A stretch of DNA of 64,000 nucleotides from an uncultured Solirubrobacterales bacterium. GTDB taxonomy: Bacteria > Actinomycetota > Thermoleophilia > Solirubrobacterales > 70-9. The stretch is taken from the NCBI GenBank assembly GCA_963730145.1, contig CAVSQT010000006.1, positions 48,430 through 112,429 of the forward strand, read 5' to 3'. The position numbers and the translations under genes were made by a program. The notes beneath the pieces are model-generated. The model saw only the letters and a program-made list of their open reading frames with translations. It was not told where the DNA came from and ran no database searches. Numbering within the stretch: the stretch's first letter is position 1; the number at the start of each line of letters is the position of its first letter. This document shows, one piece after another, positions 44,546 to 54,147 of the stretch.

Positions 44546-44567
44546 GAGGCCCGCTTCGGCGGGCCTC
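44546..44567 (+). terminator. Stem-loop GAGGCCCGC-TTCG-GCGGGCCTC
   Basis: Perfect 9-bp stem with a TTCG tetraloop, 32 nt after the stop at 44514, followed by TGTCGTG. Confidence 0.5.
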
Positions 44568-44628
44568 TGTCGTGCCGACGCCCGCGTCGAGCGGGCGCGT
44601 CTCGCGTCGCGTCTCATATCCTGCGCCG

Positions 44629-46577
44629 ATGGCCACCGAGCAACGGCTCTCGATCGCGCAGGTGACCTCGCACCCGTGGGGCGCCCGTAACGAGGTCAAC
44701 GAGTTCTCCACCCGCGTCGCCTCCGAGCTCGCCGAGCGCGGTCACCGGGTCCTGATCGCAGCACCCTCCGATTCACGCAAGCAGGTGCGCGAGTCGCGAC
44801 GAGCGATCGCCGCCGCGGCCGACAGACCGGAGGCGCTCTTCGAGCGACTGGGACGGCGTCCGCATCAGCGACGGCGGCCCGCCGGTGGTTGCGCTCGGCA
44901 GCGGCATTCCGCGGCCTCGCGGTCCCGGCCCCCGTGCTGCCCCGCTGCCGCTCGACGTCAGCCGTTCGCTCGAAGGGCTGTTCGTGGGCGTCGACTTCGA
45001 CATCGTCCACGTCCACGACCCGTTCTTTCCGAGCGTCGCATCGGCCGCGCTCAGACACTCGCGGCGCTGAACGTCGGCAGCTTCTACGAGCCCACCGAGC
45101 GCATCCTTTCGACGCAGGTCGCGCGCCCCTTGGTCGAGATCTTCCTCGGCCGTCTCGACGCGCGCACCACCAGCTGCGGCACCACGGCCGAGCTGATGGA
45201 GCGTTTCTTCCCCGGCGCCTACGAGCGCCTTACGCCAGGCGCCGACGCGGTGGAGCGACCCTATTGGCCGACCGAGAACACGCACGGCGAGGGTAAGCGG
45301 CCGCTGCGCATCGTTTTCTGTCTCTCCGAGGAGCGGGGCGCGCTGCGGTTGTTCCTTCGCGCGGTGCGCAGGCTGAGTCTCGATGCCGCCTGGGAGGTGG
45401 CGATCTGGGTCCCGGATTCGACCGAGATCCGGATCGCACAAAGGCTTCGCGACCGCGTCCGCGATCGTCGGCGCGCGCGAGAGCACCGCCGAGGCGCTGG
45501 TTGCCGGCGCCGACGCCGTCTGCGCCTGCTCAGGGGGCCCTCAGCTGGCCCCCGGGATCGTCCGAACCGCCCTCGCCAACGCGACGATTCCGGTCGTCTC
45601 GCAGAACGCGCTCTACGCGGAGCTGATCGGCGACGGCGAGCTCGGCCTGATGTTCCCGCTCGGCGACGCGGTGACGCTGGCGGGCCAGCTCGAGCGCCTG
45701 GTGCAGACGCCGGCGCTTCGCCGCGAGCTCCTGAGGCGAGCCGCGTGGTGCCCAGCGCGATTGGCAGTCGGCCGCCGACCAGGTCGAGGAGATCTACGGG
45801 CGAATAGCCGCGCGCCGTCACGATCCGGCCGGCAGTCCCGAGCTACGTCGCCGGATCTCGCGACGTCGCGAGATCAACGTCGACCTGCACATGCACACCG
45901 ACCACTCCTCCGACTGCGCGACACCGGTCGAAACCCTGCTTGCCACGGCAGCCGAGGCCGGGCTCGGCGCGATCGCGATCACCGACCACAACGAGATCTC
46001 CGGAGCTCTGGCGGCGCGAGAAGCCGCCGAGCCATACGGCGTCAAGGTGATCATCGCCGAGGAGGTCAAGACCGCCGAGCAGGGCGAGGTGATCGGCCTC
46101 TTCATCGAGCAGCTCATCCCTCGAGGGATGAGCATGGAGGAGACGATCGCCGAGATCCGGCGCCAGGGCGGCCTCGTTTACGTCCCGCATCCGTTCGATC
46201 GCCTGCACTCGGTGCCCGACTACGAGCATCTGCTCGGCATCGTCGAGGAGATCGACATCATCGAGGTGTTCAATCCGCGGGTGGCGCTGACGGCCTTCAA
46301 CGAGGAGGCCGAGCGGTTCGCCGAGAAGTACCGCATCGTCCCCGGCGCCGGCTCCGACAGCCACGTTGCCCAGGGTCTCGGCAGCGTCATGACCCGTGTT
46401 CACGATTTCGACGGACCCGAGGAGTTCCTCGAGGCGATGCGCAGCGCCGACATCGTTCGCAAGCACAAGAACCTCGTCTACGTGCAGACCCTGAAGTGGC
46501 TTCAGACCGGCGGCGGGCGCGGCGGCAAGCGCGTCAGCGGCGCTCGACGACCACCGGCGCGAAGCAGCAAGGCCTGA
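44629..46577 (+). CDS. PimA-like GT4 glycosyltransferase fused in frame to a C-terminal PHP phosphoesterase domain (frameshifted in the GT part)
   Basis: GT N-terminus LSIAQVTSHPWG...LAERGHRVLIAAPS and GT C-terminus DWQSAADQVEEIYGRI run without a stop or start codon into the PHP motifs DLHMHTDHSSDC, ITDHN, VYVPHPFD and GSDSH. Confidence 0.7.
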
Positions 46578-47266
46578 TGCAAGCCGACGGCGCGGCAGGA
46601 GGGCAGGGCGGCCCGTCAAAGAGTCCGTCCGGCCCGTCCATCGGGCCGAGAGGAACGAGCTTGCCAATCACCGACGACGAGATTCAAGAGAAATACCTCG
46701 AGCGCGCGATCCGCGAGCTGAACCAGCTCACGCACCGCCTTCAGGAGTGCTCTCACTGCCCGCGAGGCAACCTGATGCCGGTCCTGGGCTCGGGCCACCC
46801 GCAGGCGGATGTGATGCTGCTCAAGTACGCGCCGAGCGCAGCGGAGATCGAGGAGGGGGTGGCCTTCTACGGTCGCTCGGGCAACGCGCTGATGAAGAGC
46901 TTCAAGCGGCTGGGAATCGACCCGCTCGCCGTCTACGGGACGCTCTGCGTCAAGTGCCCGGTCGGCGATACCTCGATGGCGGCGGCGGAGTGCGTCGAAC
47001 GCGTGGTCGAGGAGATCGCGATCGTTTCGCCGCGCTGCATCGTCGTCATGGGAGAGCGCGCGCTCGAGACCCTGAACGAGCTCGAGCTGCCGTTGTCGAG
47101 CCCGCTCGAGGATGCGCTCGGCCAGATGCAGAAGCTGACTCCCAGCATCGAGGCGTTGTACGTGCCCGACATCGACGAGTCGCTCGACTCCGAGGATTCC
47201 AAGCGCGAGTTCTGGGGCGCCTTTCGCTCCCTCGGCGAGTGGTACTCGGACCTGCCGCCGTACTAG
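46577..47266 (+). CDS. Uracil-DNA glycosylase superfamily protein (family 4/5-like, divergent motif A)
   Basis: CSHCP...GSGHPQADVMLLKYAPSAAEIEEGVAFYGRSGNAL...LCVKCP. The ATG overlaps the upstream TGA (TGATG). Confidence 0.65.
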   Translation: MQADGAAGGQGGPSKSPSGPSIGPRGTSLPITDDEIQEKYLERAIRELNQLTHRLQECSHCPRGNLMPVLGSGHPQADVMLLKYAPSAAEIEEGVAFYGRSGNALMKSFKRLGIDPLAVYGTLCVKCPVGDTSMAAAECVERVVEEIAIVSPRCIVVMGERALETLNELELPLSSPLEDALGQMQKLTPSIEALYVPDIDESLDSEDSKREFWGAFRSLGEWYSDLPPY

Positions 47267-47270
47267 ATCA

Positions 47271-48050
47271 CTAGGGCGCGGTCGCCTTGGCGAGCGCCGT
47301 CATCGCCTCGGCGCTGGCGCTTGCAAGGCCGCGAACGACGGTGACGTCGAGCGCCTCGTACTTCGCCAGCGCTGCCTGGGCCTGTTCGCGATCGGCCGCG
47401 GCGACTCCCACCGTCCCCTCAGGCTCGCCGAGGCGATCGAAGTGGTTGCGATAGCCATCATGGAGGTCGCGGTAGAACGCCTCTTCCTTCGCCAGCCGCT
47501 CGGCGGCGTCCTCGCCGACCGCAGCGCGAACGTAGCCGAGCACGGGGGGCGTGGCCCTGCCGGCGTCGGCGGCACCCGACTCGACGTGAGCGCGGGCATC
47601 GGCCGCGAATCCGGGGGTCATCCAGTTGAAGAAGACGCCATCGAACTCGGCGCCGGCGAGAGCGCACATCTTCGGGCCCATCGCCGCCAGCACCAGGCGA
47701 ATGTCCGGGAGCGCAGCCCGCAGGTCGCCGACGGCCTCACGCATCGTCGTCAACGGCTTCTTCGAAAAGCCGGCACCGACACCAAGCCAGAGCTTGGAGC
47801 GGTCGAGGCCGAGGCGGTCGACGTGGGCGTTGATGTCGCTGGGGTCATGGCGATCGAGGGCCATCACGGCAACGCCGAGATCGATGTCCGGCGCCCGCTC
47901 GGCGAACACCGCCAGGGTTTCGAGTCCGAGCGCACCGGGATGATCGTTCGACCACAGCGAGCCGTAGCCGAGCTCGGCGCAACGCGCCGCGAGCGGACCG
48001 GCCACCTGCGGGTCGAGCCCGGCGGCGACGCCGAATCCTCGAGCGTTCAT
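47271..48050 (-). CDS. Luciferase-like (LLM class, probably F420-dependent) oxidoreductase
   Basis: 259 aa from MNARGFG. GYGSLWSNDH, LGVAVMAL, FFNWMTP. Confidence 0.7.
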   Translation of the reverse strand: MNARGFGVAAGLDPQVAGPLAARCAELGYGSLWSNDHPGALGLETLAVFAERAPDIDLGVAVMALDRHDPSDINAHVDRLGLDRSKLWLGVGAGFSKKPLTTMREAVGDLRAALPDIRLVLAAMGPKMCALAGAEFDGVFFNWMTPGFAADARAHVESGAADAGRATPPVLGYVRAAVGEDAAERLAKEEAFYRDLHDGYRNHFDRLGEPEGTVGVAAADREQAQAALAKYEALDVTVVRGLASASAEAMTALAKATAP

Positions 48051-49375
48051 CGTTCCAGCACCGCCACGCACTCGACATGCGGGGTCTGCGGGAACATGTC
48101 GACCGGCATCACGCGGCGCAGCGTATAGCCCGCCTCGACGAGCTGGGCGGCATTGGGCGCCAGCGTCGTCGGGTTGCACGAGACGTAGACGATCCGCGGC
48201 GCCTCGCACTCGAGCAGGCGCCGGACGATCTTCTGCGAAAGACCGGCGCGGGGAGGGTCGACGACGACGACGTCCGGCTTGCCGGCCCGCTCGAGCAGCG
48301 GGGCGATGCCCAGGCGCGCGTCGGCGCAGACGAAGCGGGCGTTCTCGATTCCGTTCAAGGCGGCGTTCTGCTCGGCGTCGGCGACCGCATCCTCGATGCT
48401 CTCCAGTCCCCAGACCTCGCCCGCCTGGTCGGCCAGCGCCAGGCCGATCGTGCCGATGCCGCAGAAGAGGTCGAAGACGCGTTCGGCTCCCGTCAGGCCC
48501 GCGGCGTCGGCGACGATCGCATAAAGGCGCTCGGCCATCTCGGTGTTCGTCTGCATGAAGGCGGTGTGGGAGACACGAAAGGCAAGCCCGCAGAGTCGCT
48601 CGGTCAGGTGCTCGGCGCCGAGCACTCCGGTTGGCCCGTCGGTCGCGCCGGCGGATCCCTCGATCACCGTGTGCAAGTCGACCGGCGGTCGCGGGATCTG
48701 CTCGGGCGATGTGACCAAGCGGGTCTGAATCTGCCCCGTGCGCCGGCCTTCGCGAACCACGAGGTTGCGCAGGATGCCGGTCTGAGAACGGCGGTCGTAG
48801 GTGGAGATGCCCTCGTCTCGTGCCCATTGACGGACCGCATTTCGAGCTGCGTTGTTGGCTTCGGATGCCAGCTTGCAATCGTCTACGTCGACCGTCTCGG
48901 ACCAGCTGCCGCGACGGTGAAAGCCGAGCGTCGGATCACCCTCGTGCTCGCCGAAGGAGTACTCGAGCTTGTTGCGATAGCGCCAGGGCTCGATCGCGGC
49001 CTCTATCGGCGCGAAGTCGAAGCCCTCGAGGTGGCCGATGCGCCGCAGGGCATCGGCGGCCTGCTCGGACTTCTCGGCGAGCTGGCGCTCGTAGCTCATC
49101 CCCTGCCAGGGTGCACCCGGACAGGGCTCGCCGTCATGGACACAGGTGTCGGCGATGCGCTCGGAGCTCGCCCGCAGCAGCTCGACCGCCTTGCCCTCGG
49201 CGAAGCTCTTTTTCGTCTTGGTCAGGCGCACCCTGACGCGGTCGCCGGGCAGCGCGCCGCTGACGAAGACGACATAGCCGTTGCTACGGGCGACGCCGCG
49301 GCCACCTTGGGCAAGCGAATCGATCTCGAGTTCGAGCTCGGTCCCGGGACGCGGTTTGGCCGTCGTGGTTTCCAC
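48047..49375 (-). CDS. TRAM-domain RNA (uracil-5-)-methyltransferase, RlmD/RumA-like
   Basis: GTG start at VETTTAK. TRAM LAQGGRGVAR...PGDRV, SAM motif DLFCGIGTIGLALA, VVVDPPRAGL, YVSCNP. Confidence 0.8.
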   Translation of the reverse strand: METTTAKPRPGTELELEIDSLAQGGRGVARSNGYVVFVSGALPGDRVRVRLTKTKKSFAEGKAVELLRASSERIADTCVHDGEPCPGAPWQGMSYERQLAEKSEQAADALRRIGHLEGFDFAPIEAAIEPWRYRNKLEYSFGEHEGDPTLGFHRRGSWSETVDVDDCKLASEANNAARNAVRQWARDEGISTYDRRSQTGILRNLVVREGRRTGQIQTRLVTSPEQIPRPPVDLHTVIEGSAGATDGPTGVLGAEHLTERLCGLAFRVSHTAFMQTNTEMAERLYAIVADAAGLTGAERVFDLFCGIGTIGLALADQAGEVWGLESIEDAVADAEQNAALNGIENARFVCADARLGIAPLLERAGKPDVVVVDPPRAGLSQKIVRRLLECEAPRIVYVSCNPTTLAPNAAQLVEAGYTLRRVMPVDMFPQTPHVECVAVLER

Positions 49376-49418
49376 GCGGCCTATGTTGGCAGGGCCGCCG
49401 CCGGCCCTGGCGCGAGCG

Positions 49419-50166
49419 CTACTTGAGCTTGTCCTCGATCTCGTCGAGGATGCTCTTGCGCGCCTTGCCTCGCTTCTCCGCCGTGCGAACCTTGCGCAGC
49501 TCGGCCTTGGTGAGATCGCCGAGCCTCGACTTGATCTGCGCCGCGGTGAGCTGCTCGTAACCCGTGATCGGCGGTCCGCCGACCCCGGCGCGCCGGCGCA
49601 GCTTGTCGGCCTCCGCCAGCGGGCGCTCGGCGGCGTCGCGGGCAACGCGGCCCGCGCGCTCGGCGGCGCGGGTGGCCTGGCCTCGAGTAGTTGCGGTGCG
49701 CGATTCGACTTCCTTGCGGGTGCGGGTGGTTCGGCTCTCGACCTCTTTGCGCGCTTGGTCGAGAAGCTTCTCGAGGTCGCGGATGAGATCGTCGGTCGCC
49801 CGGCGTCCGCGGTCGACGATGTTGGAGATCAGCTCGTTGGCGTCGCTTCGCTGCATGCGGCCGCGCTTGACGAGATCGTCGACGACTTCCTGGAGGCGGT
49901 CGCGAGAGACGGTGACGTTCGACTCGAGCGCTGAGCGACTGCGCTCCACGGCGTCACGAAACGCCTGCACGCTCTTGTCGGAGCGACCGGCTGCGGCGGT
50001 CTTGCGCGACCGGGCGGTCGGCTTTCTCGCGCGGCTTCGCGGCTGGCTTCTTGGCTCGGCTTGCGGCGGGCTTCTTGGCTCGGCTTGCCGCCGGCTTTTT
50101 CGACCGACTCGCGGGCTTGCGCGCACCGCTCGCAGACTTTTTCGAACCACCGGACCTCGTTGCCAT
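49419..50166 (-). CDS. Lys/Ala-rich histone-like N-terminus, coiled-coil (phasin-like) core, C-terminal Rho-N/SAP-like module (one frameshift)
   Basis: N-terminus KKPAASRAKKPAASRAKKPAAKP (ORF 49954-50166) joins ORF 49419-50150. The C-terminus is GYEQLTAAQIKSRLGDLTKAELRKVRTAEKR. Confidence 0.5.
50047..50094. repeat. Tandem 24-nt coding repeat (2 copies, 22/24 identical)
   Basis: CTTCTTGGCTCGGCTTGCGGCGGG / CTTCTTGGCTCGGCTTGCCGCCGG, encoding KKPAASRA units on the minus strand. Confidence 0.7.
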
Positions 50167-50242
50167 GTAAACCCCTTTTGAGCTGGGAAACCGTGTGCCC
50201 CGGCACTATTTCATTCCTAGGCTCAGGGCGTATCCACCTACA

Positions 50243-51170
50243 ATGCCCCGCTTGAAGGGACCCGCAACTCATTTCCTCACGGGCGAGGAGGTCTCGCCGG
50301 CCGAGCTCGCGCGAGTGCTCGATCGCGCCGCCGAGCTCAAAGCGGGGCGGAGCGAGGGGATCGGGCGTGACTCGCTGGCAGGGATGACCGCCGCGTTGAT
50401 GTTCGAGGTCCCCTCGACGAGAACCCGCGTCTCGTTCCAGGTTGGCGTCGCCGAGCTCGGAGCACATCCGCTGCCGCTGCGCGCCGATGAGCTCCAGCTC
50501 GGACGCGGCGAGTCGATCGGCGACACCGCGCGAGTCCTCTCGCGCTATCTGCACGCGATCGTGGTCCGCTCGCGGTCGCACGACACGGTCGCCGAGCTCG
50601 CCGCGGCGTCCGAGGTGCCCGTCGTCAACGCTCTCACCCCGCTTCACCATCCCTGTCAGGCGCTGGCCGACCTGCAGACGTTGCGCGAGCGCTTCGGCGA
50701 GCTCGAGGGGCTCAAGCTTGCCTACGTCGGCGACGGCAACAACGTCGCCCGCTCGCTTGCGATCCTCGGCCGCGCCGCCGGAGTCGAGGTGCGCGTGGCG
50801 GCCCCGCAGGGCTATGAGCTCGAGCCCGGACTCGCGGCGCTGGACACGCAGGATCCACGCGAGGCGGCGAGCGGCGCGGATGCCCTCTACACGGATGTCT
50901 GGGTGAGCATGGGCGACGAGGACGAGGCGGAGCGTCGCCGCGCCGCGCTCGAGCCCTACCGCATCGACTCGGCGCTGATGGATGCGGCGTCTGACCGCGC
51001 GATCGCGTTGCACTGCCTTCCCGCTCATCCGGGAGACGAGATCACAGACGACGTCCTCTACGGCGAGCGTTCTGCCGTCTGGGATCAGGCCGAGAACCGC
51101 CTCCACGCCCAGAAGGCGCTGCTGGAGTTCCTGCTCAAGTCGCCTCGCTCGACGACCCGCCTACACTTCG
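50243..51170 (+). CDS. argF: Ornithine carbamoyltransferase (3-prime end uncertain)
   Basis: STRTR, HPCQALAD, DVWVSMG, HCLPA. The ORF has no stop before the tRNA and formally runs to 51268. Confidence 0.85.
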
Positions 51171-51179
51171 CCACCCACC

Positions 51180-51251
51180 GGCCTCGTGGTGTAACGGTTA
51201 GCACGTCAGGTTTTCAACCTGGAAGCTCGGGTTCGATTCCCGGCGGGGCTA
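51180..51251 (+). tRNA. tRNA-Glu (anticodon UUC)
   Basis: Cloverleaf folded by hand: acceptor GGCCTCG/CGGGGCT (two G-U pairs), D arm GTGT/GCAC, anticodon arm TCAGG-TTTTCAA-CCTGG, T arm TCGGG-TTCGATT-CCCGG. No encoded CCA. Confidence 0.85.
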
Positions 51252-51257
51252 CTGACC

Positions 51258-52070
51258 ATGCAACCTGAAATCGAAATAGGCCCCGTCACCCTGCAGACCT
51301 TCGGGATCATGTTCGCGCTCGGGTTCATCGCCGCGGGCATTCTCGTCGGCAAGCGCTTTCGGGAGCTCGACAAGCCGGTCGATTGGGCCTACGAGATGAT
51401 CTTCGCCGGGCTGGTCGGCGGCGTCATCGGCGCCAAGATCGACTTCGTCATCCAAAACCCATCCGACGACTGGCTCGCCGACCTCTTCTCCGGCTCGGGC
51501 CTGGTCTGGTTCGGCGGTGGCATCGGCGGCGCGATCGGGGTGCTGCTGTGGGCACGCTGGCGCGGGCTGCTCAACCTGACGCTCCTCGACGTGGCGGCGC
51601 CCGGGCTGGCGATCGGGTACGCGATCGGCCGCATCGGCTGCCAGCTCTCCGGCGACGGCGACTACGGCATCCCCTGGGACGGTCCCTGGGCGATGAGCTA
51701 TGAGAACGGCACCGTGCCGACCCCACCGGGCGTCGAGGTTCACCCGACACCGATCTACGAGACGCTGGCAATGGGCCTGGCCACGGTGGTCCTCTGGCGC
51801 CTGCGGAACACGTTTCGGCCCGGGTTGTTGTTCGCGCTCTACCTCGTCTTCGCCGGTACCGAGCGCTTCCTGGTCGAGTTCATTCGCCGCAACGACGAAG
51901 TCCTGCTGGGGCTCACCCAGGCGCAGCTGCTGAGCCTGGCGATGGCGGTTGCGGGCGCGATCTGGATCGCTCGCGCCTCCGCACGCGACCAGCTTCGCGC
52001 CGACGTGGCGATGCGCGAGGCGCCGCCGACGCGGCTGCGGGCGAACAGCCCAACCTGCCGGCTAGCCGGC
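51258..52070 (+). CDS. lgt: Prolipoprotein diacylglyceryl transferase (3-prime end uncertain)
   Basis: GIMFALGF, GAKIDF, GRIGCQLSGDGDYG, HPTPIYE. The ORF formally continues to 53138, antisense to the next gene. Confidence 0.8.
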
Positions 52071-52073
52071 TTC

Positions 52074-53154
52074 CTAGCGCCCGCCGCTGAACTTCGTGAA
52101 CGCGCGCCAGGCAGGTTTCGGCTTCAGCTTCGCCGAGAACAAGCCGGCCTTCGAGCACCAATCGCAGATCGAGGCACTCGAATCGGTCCACGAGAACCAG
52201 GTCACGGCCTTGATCTCGAGCCGGTTGCGCTGGTTGCGAAAGTAGTTGAAGGCCTGGCGCAGTCGCTGAGCCTGACCCTGCTTGCCGACGTTGAGCGGAT
52301 TGCCACCCGAAGCCGAGCCCCAGCCGGTCTCGGTGATCCAGAGACCGGCGCGGCTGTCGCCGGCGCGGCGGATCTCGCCGTGAAACAGCTCGACCTGATC
52401 GCGAACCGCAGCCACCTTCGCGCCGTAGGGATGAACAGCGACACCGTCGAAGTCCCGCTCGACGCCGCGGACGCGATAGAGCTGTCGCAGATACTTCGAC
52501 CCGGCCGTTGCCTTGCGCGAGCCGGCGAGTTGGGGCATGCCACCAAGGACGACGTCGGCGCTGCGATCTTCGCTCTCGACCTCCGCGGCCGCCACGGCGA
52601 GCAGGCGGGCGTAGCGCCGGGGCTTTGCCTTCGGCGCGAAGAACGAGCGCGAATTCTGCTCGTTCCAGATCTGCCAGGCCCTGATCGGGCGCTTCGGGAT
52701 CCTCGGGTTCTGATTCCAGAAGGTGCCCTCGCGTCCGTACCTCGCGACCGCGGCCGCGACGAAGTCCCGCCATGCCGACAGCGCTGCCTTCGTCGTCGGC
52801 GCATAGATCGCGCAGCTGGATCCGCAACTGCGGTTGTCGAGCTTCTTCGCCACCCACGCCGGCGTGCCGTAGAGGAAGGGCAGAACCTCGACTCCGTTGC
52901 GAGCCGCTTCACCGATGACGAAGTCGCTGCCGGAGAAGTCGAAATCGCCGCTTGGTGCCGCGGCGTCGACCGCGGACCAGAAGATCGGGACCCGCAGCGT
53001 GCCGACCTTGCCCTTGCCCATGCGCTTGAAGTCCGCGGTGTCCATGGCCGCCTGGGGGACGACCCCGAAGAAGCGCTTGCCTGCGGCGCCTTCGGCGGAT
53101 CCCGCGATCAGCGCGAGACGCCACCAGGACAGCAATGAGGGTGAATCGGATCAT
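52074..53154 (-). CDS. Secreted clan GH-A (TIM-barrel) glycoside hydrolase-like protein (one frameshift near 53115)
   Basis: Signal MIRFTLIAVLV in the adjacent frame. Candidate acid/base QIWNEQN and nucleophile WITETGW. Confidence 0.55.
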
Positions 53155-53244
53155 CTCCCGTCCATCACACGACAGCAGCGCGTTTGTTGCGGTCCTTGCT
53201 GTGAGACGGCCCGGCGGCGGCGCGGCGTGGTGCGCCTGCTGGAT

Positions 53245-53997
53245 CTAGACCGAGCGTGAGAGCCCGCCGTCGATCGCGATCGAAGTACCGGTGATGTAGG
53301 CGGCGCGCTGTGAGCACAGAAATGCGACGAGGTCGCCGTACTCGCGCGGCCGGCCCAGGCGGTTGGCCGGGACGTCCTTGGCCGCCTCCTCTTCCATGCG
53401 TTCCGGGCCGCCCCAATTGGCAGCGAGCCGGTCGGTGGCAAAGCGTCCCGTGGCGATGTCGTTGACGGTGATCCCGTCGGCGGCGACCTCGCGTGCCAGA
53501 GTCTTGAGAAAGCCGACCAGGCCCGGGCGGTGAGCGTTGGACAGCGTCAGGCCCGCGATCGGCTCCCGCGTCGAGCTCGAGCCGACGTTCGCGATTCGGC
53601 CCCAACCGCGCTCGCGCATACCAGGCAGCACGGCCTCGATCAGCACGCGCGGCGAGAGGACCAGATTCGCGTAGGCGTCGCGCCAGTCCTCGAGGCCGGC
53701 TTCGATCGCCGCGCCAACCGGCGGACCGCCGGTGTTGGTGACGAGGATCTCGATCGGGCCCAGTTGCTCGGCCACCTCGCCCGGCAGCTTCGCCATCTGG
53801 TCGAGGTCGCCGGTGTCGGCCTCGAAAACCGCGATCTCAGCTTCGATCTCCGCAGCCGCTCGCTCCAGGTGCTCGCGCGAGCGGCTCGCTATCGCCACCC
53901 GCGCTCCTTCGGCGGCGAGCGCCTCGGCGATGCCCCGCCCGATGCCTCTGCTGCCGCCCATCACCAGTGCGACCTTGCCTGCGATCTCGAGGTCCAT
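53245..53997 (-). CDS. Short-chain dehydrogenase/reductase (FabG-like)
   Basis: From MDLEIAGK. GGSRGIG cofactor motif, NTGG, C-terminus YITGTSIAIDGG. Confidence 0.85.
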   Translation of the reverse strand: MDLEIAGKVALVMGGSRGIGRGIAEALAAEGARVAIASRSREHLERAAAEIEAEIAVFEADTGDLDQMAKLPGEVAEQLGPIEILVTNTGGPPVGAAIEAGLEDWRDAYANLVLSPRVLIEAVLPGMRERGWGRIANVGSSSTREPIAGLTLSNAHRPGLVGFLKTLAREVAADGITVNDIATGRFATDRLAANWGGPERMEEEAAKDVPANRLGRPREYGDLVAFLCSQRAAYITGTSIAIDGGLSRSV

Positions 53998-54147
53998 CCG
54001 CAGAGAAGCTATCGCGGCAGGCAGGAGCTGATGGCCACAAGCTCTCCCCGCGGAACTTTGATCCGCGTCGCAGTACGGCGCGTAGGTCATGGCAAGCGGG
54101 GAGGAAAGACCTCCCCCGACCCAATCCACAACGGGAGGTCAACCCAG

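Noticed and set aside
50031-50100. A tandem 24-nt repeat considered as a possible CRISPR or other non-coding repeat array.
   Set aside because: There are only two or three adjacent copies with no spacers. They are in frame and encode the KKPAASRA repeats of a Lys-rich protein, so this is a coding repeat.
52070-53138. An lgt ORF that continues for about 350 extra codons.
   Set aside because: The extension is antisense to a well-supported glycosidase-like gene and has no Lgt-like sequence. Stops lie in the neighbouring frames at about 52063-52076, so a lost stop or indel is the simpler explanation.
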